A stretch of 64,000 nucleotides of DNA from Lama guanicoe (Eukaryota): contig MU053472.1 in the NCBI GenBank assembly GCA_013239625.1, forward strand, positions 124,001 to 188,000, in the 5' to 3' direction. Below the pieces are notes generated by a model. It had not been told where the DNA came from, made no database searches, and saw nothing but the letters and a program-made list of their open reading frames with translations. Shown one piece after another: positions 13,114-25,800 of this stretch. The first letter of the stretch is position 1; each line of letters opens with the position of its first letter. A program made the translations under genes and the position numbers.

Positions 13114-13709
13114 AGCTCAGCTTGGGGTTAAACGGGTTGTGCGAGGGAGGTTGAACCTTCAGCTGACCCCAGAAGGTTACTGGGGGGAAGTAAATATTAG
13201 AAGGCATGGAGCTTATCAGGAAAGATTTCTGCAGCTCCTGAACTTTTAACCAACTATTCAGGGAAGCTGCAGAATCTGCTTTGGCTGGAAGGAGCCCTTC
13301 CGGGTGGAGGAAATGGCAGGTGAGGAGGTGCAGACGTGGAAATTCACGAGGTGCTGGCCAGGGAAGGGGGCTGGGGGGTAGGGAGTGTCTCGTAATCTTA
13401 CTCAGATTTTTTCTGAACATTCCCTTTGCTCCACTGTGGATTCTGGTGAGATGCTGAATCTCCCATCCTCCTGTGTGCAGGGCGGTGCCTCAGCCCTCCT
13501 GAGGCCCTGGTGGGTGGATGCTGGAGGCACCATCAGCATCTTTGAAGAGGTTCCTTCTGTAGCAACCCTCCCTGGTACCCTGGTACCTTCCATCCCCTCT
13601 GCTCCTGCCCGACTACAGATGGTCATTCACCCACTTACAGGAGGACAAAGGCTCATACAGGGTCAGGTTGCCTTTCTGTGTGTCATTTTGGATGATAATC
13701 ATCACAGCT

Positions 13710-14065
13710 AAGAATTACTGAGGGCTATTGACAGCCGCTTCTTTTCTAGGCACTTTACATGTTATTGACTCATTTACTGTTTACAATTTCCCTATTGGGT
13801 GGATGTTGTCTTTATCCCCATTTTAAAGGTAGAAACACTGAGGCACACAGAAAGATGTAGGAATTTGCCTGCAGGTACACAGTCAGTGAGTTGTGAACGC
13901 AAAACCTGAATCCTGGCACTTTAGCTCCAGAATCCTCATATTTAATCACTGCACTCAGTTGTCTTATCTGTAAAATGGAGAGAATGAGAGTAACCTCAGA
14001 TAATCGTGAGGGTTAAATGAGACAGTAGTGGAAATCACTTAGCATAGCGCTGTAGGCACTTGATA
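13710..14065. mobile_element. Two adjacent MIR remnants in opposite orientation
   Basis: ccccattttaaaggtagaaacactgaggcac (minus) followed by cttatctgtaaaatggag...gagggttaaatgaga (plus). Confidence 0.7.
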
Positions 14066-15645
14066 AACAGTATGACTACTGTTCCTGCTGTTATTGTTAT
14101 CATAAGCATTCTGAAAAACAAAAAAGTAACAGCACACACACATACACCTTTGAAAACTTTCAAAGACTCCTCATTGCCCAAGGGGAGCAGTTTGGACCCC
14201 CAGGCCTGGCATCCGGTGTTTACTCATGATCAGCCCTGCCCTTACCCTCCAGCATCACCGTAGCAAGATCCCTCCGTGGTCCAGACAGCTCAGCATGCCC
14301 TCTGCTCCCATCACCTCCTCACCTACTTTCATGCCTGCAAGCCATTGCTCAGCCCTTCTTTGTGCCTGAAATGCTCTCTGAGGTCTTCTGGTCAAAATCC
14401 TACTTTCCCTTCAAGGGCTCTGAGCCCCTACAGAACTTGGCTGGTCTCCCTATTTTTACTAGCATTTGCTTCCATTTATGGATTGTGCCAGGCGGTTGAC
14501 ATCTGTGATCTTTCTTACCAACTTCTACACTGTCTTTCTTTTAACAGACGAAGAAACAGGTTCAGAGTGGTAACTTGCCCACGGTCCCATCTAGGAAGCA
14601 GCAGAGACAGGTGGCAAACCCAAATCAGTCTGATTCCAAGTGCCCTGTTGTTTCTGCCTCTAGGCAGATACAGAAAACGTTTGAAGTCAGACAGCACTGA
14701 ATCTCAACTTGCATGAGCGAAAAACAAGCTCTCTGCAACTTGAGGTTTCTGAGCATCAATTGAGAAAACTACAAGTAGGAGGAGACGTACTGGCTCGCGG
14801 GGCTGTTATGAAAAAGAGATGAGATGCTCTGTGTGAAGCAGTCAGTATTGTGCTTGTTACAAACTCCACTCCATCATGTGCAACTGTAGAAATGTGTGCA
14901 TGTCTAGCTCTCCCACTATAAAACCAACTGCTTCAGGGCAGAAAGTGAATCTCGTTCATCCCAGCAGCTCTAGACACCCACCACAGTGCCTGGCACACAG
15001 TAGGTGCTCAGTACATGTTTGCCGCATTGACTCAGCAGCCCTGCACGCACTTCCCCCTGGTCACCGGAGCTTGAAAGAATACCTTGGTCATCCACTAGCA
15101 TGAGGCCCAGTGGCCACTCTCAATCCCAAAGTGCAGGCCACAGACGGCGCTCCAGACCAGACACAACCACGCAGAGCAGGGGCGGGTCTACCACGGGAGG
15201 AGAGGAGGCAGAGGTGAGGGAGGCACAGGGTGACACCGAGTCGGTAGTGGTTCCTGACTCATGGACAGGACCCACTGCCTTTCCTGACACCCCTTCAGCT
15301 TTTCCATCGCTTGAGCGTGACATCGAGCCTAGAAATGGGGGTCCCTTATAGTGTCGTACTCTTAGATCTCGTATCTGTTCCTGGGCTGCACCTCATGCTA
15401 ATCTTGTCATGGTACAAACATAATATTGTGGAGAGAACAGTGGAGTCCAGCTTCAGAAGACTTGGGTTCTGGCACTTTTAGAGGGTCCTTTTTTCCTCAT
15501 CTGGGAAATGTGACTAGTAACACTTGTCTTACCTTCTTTGCAAGGTGATTTTGAGGGTCAGGTGAAAGGAGGAAGTTCTTTGCACATCATGAAACATTGT
15601 GCAAATGTTATAGCTCTTTACATGGCACGCATCTCCTTAGGAAAG

Positions 15646-15648
<3 letters not shown>

Positions 15649-15691
<43 letters not shown>

Positions 15692-15790
15692 CCCTCGCTC
15701 TCTCATACACACACACACACACACACACAACTCTCTCTCTCTCTCTCGCTCCCTCACTCTCTCATACACACACACACACACACACACACT
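15649..15790. repeat. Duplicated compound (CT)n/(CA)n microsatellite
   Basis: Two copies of (CT)n-cgctccctcRctctctcata-(CA)n. Confidence 0.95.
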
Positions 15791-17077
15791 CACAAAATTT
15801 CTCTCTGTGCTGAGGCTGTCCAGGGCGGTTCCATATGCTCCCCTCTCTGTCTGGGTTTAGAAGATGCAAAAAAGCCAGAAGGAAGGCACTTAATGTGGCA
15901 CTAAGGGTCCCTCAGTTCAAGTCCAAAGTCCCATTCTTTGACCCTTTGTGAGTCCCTGGGCCAGTATTTACCCATTTGGAGCCTCCATTTCCTCATCATT
16001 AATGTGGGGCTGACCCTGCTCAGCTCACAGGTTTGTGGGGAAGAAGAAAAGGGAGAGCCTAGCGGGGGCACCTCCCTAACTCCTCTGCGACTATTAATCT
16101 GAAAACAGATTCCAAGACATTTCAGTCAAGAGTATTTATTACTTTTTTTTTTTCTGAACGCTTGCCTGGCCCATATCACTGATTCAAGAAACGCTTCTGG
16201 AGCCCCTGCTGTGTGCTGGGCCCACTGCCAATCTTGCCTTCCATGGACGTAGTAGTAGAAGGGATAGATCATTGCTCTGGAGTGAAGGCTCTCTGTGCTG
16301 GGTGTAGTATTTATTAGTTTAATATCATACTAGGTCACTTGTTTTTAATTTAATCTTTGACAAGCTACCGGAAACACCCTATTTTTAAAAATGACCTGGC
16401 AGAAGGAGGTGGGTTATTGAATCAAAATGAGAGAAATCTCCTACCCTCAGGAGTTTTCCCGGCAAAGATCATCTGATAGCAGCATGTCTGGGGAATAAAA
16501 GTGCAGAGCTGGAAGGGATTTCTAGGAAGGAAGGTGAGGGCTAGGGGGGTGGGTAGGATTGGAGCTCTCCTGTGTCCACGTGTCACCAGCTTGCAGCTCT
16601 CCCTGAAGGACTTCACACATCGTGAACTCTTGGTTGTGTATGTCAGCGAACTGACACCAGAAACTGTGTGTTTAGGAGGGAAGGAAGGGAGGCGGGAGGG
16701 GAGCCCGTGAGCCACGTGCTGTGATTGAGAAAGGACTTGGTTGGAAACCAAGCCTGGCTTGCGCCAGCCCCCACACAAGGTGCTTCTCTGTGCTATCTCA
16801 TTTAGTCCTTCCAATAACCCTATGAGGTGGAAATTCCATTATTATCACCATTTACATATTGTGATAATACACAGACTCAGAGAAGTTAAGGAAGTTGCCC
16901 AAAGTCACACCCACAAGCAGCGGGTCTATTTGACTCTAAAGCCAGGATCTCCCTAGTGCTCTGTTAGGTCTCTTGGGAAAGTCATTTCTCCTCCCTGAAT
17001 CTGCTTCCTCATCCCAAAGATGAAGAAGTGAAGTGAAATCTCCCCTTAGGTCTCTTTCCCGATACAGCTTTTTGATA

Positions 17078-17281
17078 CAAGGGTCGACACACTGTGGCCC
17101 ACGGGCCAAAACGCACCAGCCAGTTGTTTTTATAAATAGTTTTATTGGAGCACAGCCGCCCGTATGCATTTATGTACTGCCTATGACAGCAGAGTTGAGT
17201 AGTTGTGACAGAGGCTACAGGCCCACAAAGCCTAAAATATTTACCATCTAACCTTTTATAGAAAATGTTTGCCAACCCCTG
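17078..17281. mobile_element. MER58A-like hAT-Charlie MITE
   Basis: Terminal inverted ends caagggtcgacacac ... gtttgccaacccctg; internal gcccacaaagcctaaaatatttac. Confidence 0.85.
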
Positions 17282-17429
17282 GAATAGATTAGTCTGTAAG
17301 TTTCAATGATGATAAACTATATATGGCAAATGGGAAGGGATCTGCAGGGCCACACATCAGCTGTAAACACAGGGCAGTAAGAAGGTGGCTGCCACTGTTG
17401 ACATTTTACACTTTGGAGCTGTTTACTTA

Positions 17430-17652
17430 CTTTTTACTAAGTTATAATTTACAACATGCACAAACCCTCACTGTGTAGCCTGATGATGCATCTACCATCC
17501 CGATCGAGATACAGGACTTTCTAGCCCCCCAAAAAGCTCCCTCATTACTCATCCCACAAAGTCACCTCGGTTTTAACCTCTATCATCAAGAATTCGCTTT
17601 TCCTGCTTTTTAACGTCAAATAAATGGAGTCACACAGTCTTTTGTGTCTGGG
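17430..17652 (-). mobile_element. Ancient L1M 3' fragment
   Basis: ...aaatggagtcacacagtcttttgtgtctgg and ccaaaaagctccctc motifs. Confidence 0.55.
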
Positions 17653-20600
17653 GAAGGCATTTAAACTACAACTTCATCGCTGACAACTTGGAAAGTTGAG
17701 AAGTATAAATAAAGACACAAAAATCACCCTTAATGGCACCATCCAGAGATGATCTCTTGTTCATTTATTCAATAAGGGTTTTTAATTGAGCAACCTCTCC
17801 GGGCATTGAAGAGTAAGGTGTGAGACAGCCCCTGCCCTCTTGGAGCTGACTGTCCATGGTGTCTTTTTCTCATGGGCTGGTCAACAGTCGGCACTACCCA
17901 GAGTTCCAGCCTGAGCTCAGGGATCATCTGCCCAAAGGCCTGGAAATGGACACACTGGTAATTCTGGGATTTCAAATCACAGGAAAGTGAGGGAACGTCA
18001 ATGTTCATCCAGACCATTTGGCCATTTTTCAAAGGCAGAATCGGAGAAGGTGCACAGCCAAGCCTTTTGGGAGGTGAAGAGTTATCCAGAAAAGAGCATT
18101 GTACCCAAAGCTGGAGACTCAGGTTTTCACACCACAGTCTAGAATCTTCTCGAGACTGCAACACAGCTCTCTGACAATAAGGTCCCAACCTTCTTCAGAC
18201 TAGGATAAGGCAGTATTTATGTTTTATTCTAGAGATGATTTCATTTTGAGGCCTTCTAGAGACTTTCCTGAATCAATGCGAAAGCCTTGGAGAGCAGAGC
18301 AGCAGAAGATGGAGAGGATCAGGCTCTCCCTACTGTAAGCAAATCTGGGTAATCATGGAAAGTAGGAGGGAGACAGTGTGCACACGAGCAGAAAAGAAAT
18401 ACCACTTGTGCTGTGAAGTTACAGGAGAGGCTGAGTCCAGAGGAAGCCCATTTGCATTGTGTGAAATTTCCAAGACGGTGTCCGGAAAACCTTCACAGAG
18501 TGATAAGCCAAGTGGATTTTAAATTATCTTGGATCAGGGACTGTATTTCCCATAGAAAATCTTGGTGTTTGAGCTGTGGATTCATTTTTTGAGTAGAAGA
18601 GCCTAATGTGGTTTCTTCAAATTCAGTAACTCTTGAAAAAAAAAAAAAAGCTGGAAATAAAAGAGCCCAAAGAGATCAGCTGCCTCACTTTTTCACACGT
18701 TTTCGTGATGTGCTGCGTCTTTCTAAACCTGTCATATGCAGGAACCCGCAGTTATGAACTCATTTAATCTTCACAAAAGCACAGTAGAGTATTACTATGC
18801 TTTTCTACATAAGGAAACAGAAGATCAGGAAGATTATACAATGTGCCTGATTTGCACAGCTGGTTAAGCAGATTGGAGAATGGACATTTATGTCTGTTTG
18901 ACTCCAGTGTCTGCCCTCTATTCTCTGCTGTGGAATCACAGAATGCCCCCTTTTAACTTCCCATCTCCCAAAGCAGTAAACACTGGAGACCTTCCTCTTT
19001 CATCCTAATGCCCTGCTCAAAAGTCCTGAGCCCCAGTCTCAGCCCTCCCGTTAACTTATCACAGGCCACCTCCTTAAAATACCCTATGTCTTATTTTCCC
19101 ATCTAAAAAATGGAGCTACTCTATCAGTCCAGCACTACTTTATCCTGTATGAGGCATAAACAAGGGTATTTCAACTGTATTGACTTCCTCTATCTGGGGG
19201 AAGCTTAACCAAAGGGTTTTATGAGATGATTCACTTGGTTGGCATTTTTGACCCACATCCTGAAGGACTACCTGCTGGGATACTGACCCTTTTCTTTTTA
19301 AATTCCCACATGAAGGGGTAGATACTGGACGGCTCACAGATCTAGAGTTGCAGTTACTTGATAAGCACCCATTTGCACCAGGGGGCATAGACAAGGTAGA
19401 CCTGGACAGGAGAGTTAGAGGCTGGATATGAATGGCCAGATTACCTGGAAGACGTACCTGAAGTCTTCAGAAGTTTCCCTGTACTCTGTGCAACTTCCTG
19501 TACGTTCAGATAGTTAGCTTGGGATTGGGGAAGAATGGCTTTGCTGACACCTGCATTTTGAGAGATCAGGAAGCTTGAGAGTCCGACTGGGTACACAGTA
19601 GTCAGAACTACAAATCAAAGCCTTGTTGTTCAAAGGGAAGTGATGGCTGGTTTTTTAATGGGGTTTCCCAGCTCAGCCCAGAAACTGATCTTCATTACAC
19701 TTGACTGCTTCTATCATGATAGCAAGTGAAAGACAGAGAGAAAGGGATTGTTCAGGGATATTTACTCTGAACACTTCATTATCCCGGTTGAGGGGAGCTG
19801 GGTAGTCAGAGAACGTTCTCCCATTGGGCTGAATTGTGAGGGCCAAGGATCTGCCTTATGTCACAACAAACTAGAAGACAATAAGGGGAAATGAAGGGCC
19901 CTCATTTCTATGAACGTATTACCCCTCTCTCCAGGAAAGACACTGAGATAGTGTAAACCTCCCCTGGAGCTCCAAGCACACAACCACCCCTTTCTCGTGG
20001 GTGGCCCAGGCATGTGTAGCAGATCCTGTATTTCAAAGAGGCAGCCTTGCTTTCTAGCAGCCTGTCTCGGATCAGTCACATGTGGAGTTTCAGCTCTCGT
20101 GCACCTAGATTTGATCCAAAACCAGGCAGAGAGAACTGCTGACCCTCCCCCACAACCCATGCTGAAATTCCCCTCTTCCTCCTAATTGTCTTTTAAACGT
20201 GGGAAAGGCAGGAGAATTTGCATAGAAGCTCCTTTGCAAATTCCCTGCTCACTCTGAATGTTTGTCCCTAACCTCCGTGTCCCTCCAGCCCCAGCGCTGG
20301 ATCTGCCTGATTCTGAGAATCCTAAACTTCCAGAGGAGCTAGATTTCACTACTGGGAACTGGCTTCCTGCCTTCCTAGACCGAAAAGTGTGAATGCTATT
20401 GTAAGACCGTGGGGTTTCACAGGGGGTCTCATTCCATGCATACAATGCCCCACCTCCTGCACTTTAGGTATCAGTATTTCCCAGATGACAAACCTGAGGC
20501 TAAGGGTGGGGAAGAGGTTATCCTCTGCCCTTGGAACTATGGGACTGTGAGCGATGGATCCTAAAAAGCCCCTTCCCCTGTTCTGCAGGGGCAGTCCAGC

Positions 20601-21559
20601 CTGTAGGTCTGGGTGAGCCTCCTGCATCCTTCCTTCCTCCCGGGCGCCCCGGGAAGACGCAGGTGGAAACTCCGATAGTGCTGAAAGGTTCCCAGCTTCC
20701 TTCCCGGGCCAGGCCAGGGTGGAAAAATACTTCTTTCTCTTGGCGGCTCTGTCAGCACCTTCCTAACTTGGCGTGGGAGACTCCTGCCACCGCCGCGCTG
20801 ACCTCCTCTGCAGAGCCCAGTCCCTGGCCCTGGGGACCGCTGTGTCCTGGAGCTGCGAATAAACCAGAAATCAGTGGGCCCGAAGGACACGCGGCTCCAA
20901 CTATCCATCCAGCTGCAGACCAAGCTTTGCTTTCCACTCTTAGAAAGGAGGCCCTGCAATCCTAATTCTGCCCCGAAAGTGGAGGCACTTTGGTATCCCG
21001 GGTTTAAACAGAGGAGCGTGGCCCAGGTGTCCAGCTCCCCGGCGGCTTAGCCAGGCTGGGTGCTGGTGCAGCCCGGCTGCTGGGGGAGCTCAACTTTGGC
21101 TACTTCCTTTAGTCGGTGCCTCCTCCCAAGGGTTCTCCAGGCCTCCTTACCCCTCGCCTACGCTCTCGCGGCCCGCAGTTCTGAAATCCAAACCATCAAA
21201 CCCGGCTGGTAAGGGCCTGGGGTCTGCAGACCCGTAACTCAGGTAGAACCAAATGAAGCCCCCCTAATCCACCCTCACCCCACCTAACACGCCCCTTCCC
21301 CCAGGTCACCGCATCCTTCCCCCTGAGTTCAGTTTCTCCTCCGCCCGACTGGCTTCCCTGGCCCACTGCCTACCTCGGTTGAGACGCCTCGGAGGGTCTC
21401 CACTCTTCGTGTCCTCCTCCATCTCTTGCTTCCAAGAGCACCCCAACTTCCCCCAGCTCTCACCTGAACCCCTGAAGCGCAGTTTCTGCTTCTCTCCGGA
21501 CTAGAGCCGGACCCGCGCCGGTGGAAAAGTCCCGGAGCCTTCCACTCTAGGCTGCAAGC

Positions 21560-21830
21560 TACTTGTTTAACAAGTCCAAAGGTCAGCTAAAGTTTGGCTG
21601 ATAAACAGAACCAGTACAAGAAGGTCTTCAGCCCCCCGGCGTGAGTACAATGGACCCTGGCAGCCCCGCTCCCGGCCCAGGTCTACAGCTCTCCCCGTCT
21701 GCCCCTCATGCTTTCCCTCTCTCGGTTTTCCCCCCTCCCCACGCCCATTTGCATCTTGCCGAAAGCCGGGCCCTCCCCACTAATTTGCATGTCTTATATG
21801 GCCTAATGGTGGCGATCATGGCAAGTTAGA
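21560..21830 (+). promoter_or_regulatory. HNF1B proximal promoter
   Basis: Forkhead-like TGTTTAAC 21564-21571, DR1 AGTCCA-A-AGGTCA 21573-21585, overlapping TGATAA/TAAACA 21599-21607, octamers ATTTGCAT at 21747-21754 and 21783-21790. A DR1 (COUP-TF) plus octamer arrangement is established for the vHNF1 promoter. Exact TSS not determinable from sequence. Confidence 0.85.
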
Positions 21831-21934
21831 AGTTTTCTGACTCCTCTCGGAGGAGACTCCGGGACCCCGGGGAGTAACAGGTGTCTGGAAGCTGAAGGGT
21901 GGGGGGGTTCCTGCACTTGGGGGTTCGCTTGTGA

Positions 21935-22348
<414 letters not shown>

Positions 22349-22795
22349 TAGGCGCGGATCGAGGTGCGGAGTGTGTGCCGGAGCCCGGGGAGCCCCAGGC
22401 CTTGTGCCTGAGCGACACTGAGCGCGACCACTCTTGCCAAGTCTGTTTCCCACTAGAGAAGTCCCCCGGGGGGTGCTCCCTTCTCTCCCAACACCTGGAC
22501 CCCTCCCAGTCCCTCTACCGGACGGCCCGAGCCCCGAAGCTTCATGATTCCCTGCCCAGGCCAGCGCCCCGGACCCGTGGGGCCCTCCCGGCCGCGCTGG
22601 GTCTCAGCCTAGGAGAACTCGAGCTGCGGAGCTCTTGGCTCCGAGGTTTGCCTACGCGGTTGAAGGTGCAAGTGGGTGCAGTGAAACCGCGGCGAGTCCC
22701 AGGAGCCAAGGCTCGGGCCCGCAACAGCCCCAGGCCAAGCATTTCTCGCGGACGCAGCCTCTGCGGTCCTCCCGGGAAAACGCAGGCCGGCCTGA

Positions 22796-22835
22796 GGCAC
22801 GGCGCCCTGCCCTGCGGCACGGCGCCCTGCCCTGC
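22796..22835. repeat. Perfect 20-bp tandem duplication
   Basis: ggcacggcgccctgccctgc x2. Confidence 0.97.
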
Positions 22836-25800
22836 CGAACTTTGCAAAGAGCCTGGCGGCACCCGGGCCGGGACTGGGGGCGCGAGTTCTCTGGTGGGCA
22901 CTCCCATCTGCAGCGCCCGTGCAAGGCCTGAGAATTATCCGGAATCCCCAAAGCCCGTTTAGAATGGAGAAAGGAAATGTTTGCACGTTGTCGGGTCAGG
23001 GTGGACCCGCAAGGGGCAAAAGAAACCATATATCTAAGCAAGCGAGGGGTAAATGCGACCAAGACCCCATTTCGCCGAGGATTTGGTCGGAGAAAGGAGG
23101 GCGTTTCCGGATCTCACAGCCGACACCCCGGCGTCCCCGGGGATTCCAGGCAGGCTGGCCGGTGGTCTGTCTCCCGGCCCGGGGTCGTTTGCTAAGCCTT
23201 CCCGACCGGCCTAGAGCTTTGACAGCTGGTTACTAATTATCCAAGGAGCCGAGCGGTTGCCTTAGACCGCACGTCGCTCCCGGCCACTCTGCTTTAGGGC
23301 CGAGCCCCTCGCTTGGTCTCGGACACTTGAGAGCCGCCGGCTCAAGACAGAGCCAGAAGCAAAGTCGCGTCGGGGACTCGGGCAGCCTGGGTCGCACGCC
23401 CGCGGCGGCAGTTTGGTCTGGGATATGACCTTGCATTTGAATTTGCTACCTGGGGACCTGGCGGCTTACTCTCTAGCAAAAACAATCGGGGGAATTTCTA
23501 GGTTTTTTTTTTTTTAACTTCCCGAAAGTATTTTGCTACAGTTCGCAGGTTTGAGGTTCTTCCCTCGCGGTTTCCCCCAGTGGCGGCGGTTTCTCCCCCG
23601 CCGGGGTTAGGGTGCAGGAAGGTGAGAGGAGTCGAAAGGGGAGCGGCTGGGGCGCCGGGGCGGCCCGCACGTTGACTCGGGCCTGGAGGACCAGCCAATC
23701 TCTCGCCGCCCGCCGCCCGCCGCCCGCCACCGGGGCCCGCGAGGCCTAGGCCCATCCGCCTTGGCCGCAGGCGCCCGCATTCCAGCGGGGTTTTGGAAGG
23801 ACCTGGGAAACCCGAGGCAACCTGGGGCGCCTCTCGGGCCCCCAGCCCCGCGCCAGGTTGGACGCGGCAGAGATGTAATATAAACTGCAGCACGTGGAGT
23901 TAGGGTGTTATTAATTTATTTCTATAAATCATCAACAGAAAGATACACAATAAGTCGTGATTAGGTTGAACGGAGAGGCGGGTTATTCATTGGCGAAGTT
24001 GTAAACGCAGCTTCGAGGGGGAAGGAAAGCAGGACGCGGACCCGGGGCTTCTCGCGCGACCCGGCCTTCCCAGCCGAGGCCCGGCGCCGGACCCAGGCTG
24101 CCCCCGTGCAGCCCACGCCGCAAGGCCGGCCGCCGGAGAGCCAGGCCCGGCCCGGGGTGATGGACCTCCGCGCTCTTCCCTGCGCAGAGACCCGGGCTCC
24201 AGGGGGCGGGGAGCGAAGCCAGGGGGCCCAAGACCCCCGCTGGGGGCGGGGGACGCAGGAAAGACCCCAAGGTTCCTCTCCCTTTCCCTAGCGGATGCAG
24301 CCTTCCCTCCCCCACCACCGGGAGTGGTCGGACCTGATTAAAGTCATTTTTCAAGAAATCGCTAGCGGCCCCCAGGTCACGGCACAGTCGGCTCCTGTGC
24401 GCCAGACGCACGCACTCCCTTTTTGGCCCACCCTGCTCCCCTAAGGTGGAAAGAGAAGAACAAGACAAGTCACTCCGGGAAGCGCCTGTCCGCTCTTTCC
24501 ATCTCCTGGAAGAGGGAGGCGGGAAAGGAAGGTCCCCGGCGGCTGGCGTCCGGTGGCGTTCGGGAAAATCGGTTGCTCCCCAAGAAGCCGGGGATGAGGC
24601 TTCTTGACGAAGAAGCGCGGCAGTCTGTGCTGGGGTCCGGGGCTTCTCCGCTCGTGGGCGGCCAAGGCATTGTTTGGGAAGGATCGCGCTGGACTGGCAA
24701 GGCGGCCGCCGAGCTCGGACGTTTGACACCTGCGCCCTGAGCACAATGCCCGCGCGCGCCTCTCCGGATCTGTGCTTATCCGGGTTGGGAACCCCTGATC
24801 ACGGGCTGCATTTTCAAATTCAGACACATAATCCGCCCTCTGGGCTCTACCCGGTGAGGACAAGAGAATTATGTGGTCAGAGCTGTAAAGGTGTAACTGC
24901 GCCATCTTACTCCCGACTCTAGTCCTTTGATGCGGGCTGAAAGGTTGGCTATCGTGTGTAAGGGTTTCCTGGCTGTTTTTTTTTTCTTTTTCTAAACCTT
25001 CCCAGTTGTTAAGCTAATTCACTCTTTCCACGAACTCATTCGCTTTTAGAACATTACACTATTACGTTAGGTTTCTTAGACACACGAAACGGACACAAGA
25101 AATTTAAACAAAACCCCCCAAGTCAAAGAATCTGTTGAAGCAGTATTAACTTTTAAAATCCACTTTTTCTAACTTTCGAAGCTATTGTTCGTATCCTTTG
25201 AAAGTGTTTTTCCACCCTAGAAATATCTGTGGAAATATGTGCCAGAAATAAGCTTTTAAATGAGCGTTGGTGTTTACCTGGGTAGGTTCAAAATATTACA
25301 TTATTTTCTTACTCAAGGCGAATTCTCCAGGTTTGAAACTGAGACGCAGTTCCTTATTTTTTGTTCCTGTTGTTACTTGATTACGTGGTATTACTTGAAA
25401 GTACCTTTCTACATACTTGAGAAGTGTGTTAAGCTGTATATAGTTACTCTGAAAAGTTTGCATTTCTCAAAAACATCTCTACTCAAGCCTGTGTTTTCAC
25501 AGACTTGATATCAAAGACTTGCTAAACTGATCACAATTTTTCAAATGCCTATGAAAATCTCAGTTTAATTACTAGATTTTTAAAAACTCATTAAACAAAA
25601 TTAATTTTATTTGACATAAACATCATTTAGAAATAAATCAGTTATTTCATTTGCAACACTGTATCTGTTTTGGCCTCTGCTTTACAGCAGTTTTTATTGT
25701 TACCTCTGAAACTAATTTTTCCCATCATTTTTTTCATGTTCTATCAGTCTATCATGTACATCAACATACAGTAAAGACGTGCTGGGTTTAAGTTAAATAT

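Noticed and set aside
23983..24744. 253-aa minus-strand ORF (and overlapping ORFs at 22375-23893)
   Set aside because: Inside the CpG island, where stop codons are rare; Pro/Arg/Gly/Ala-biased with no recognisable domain
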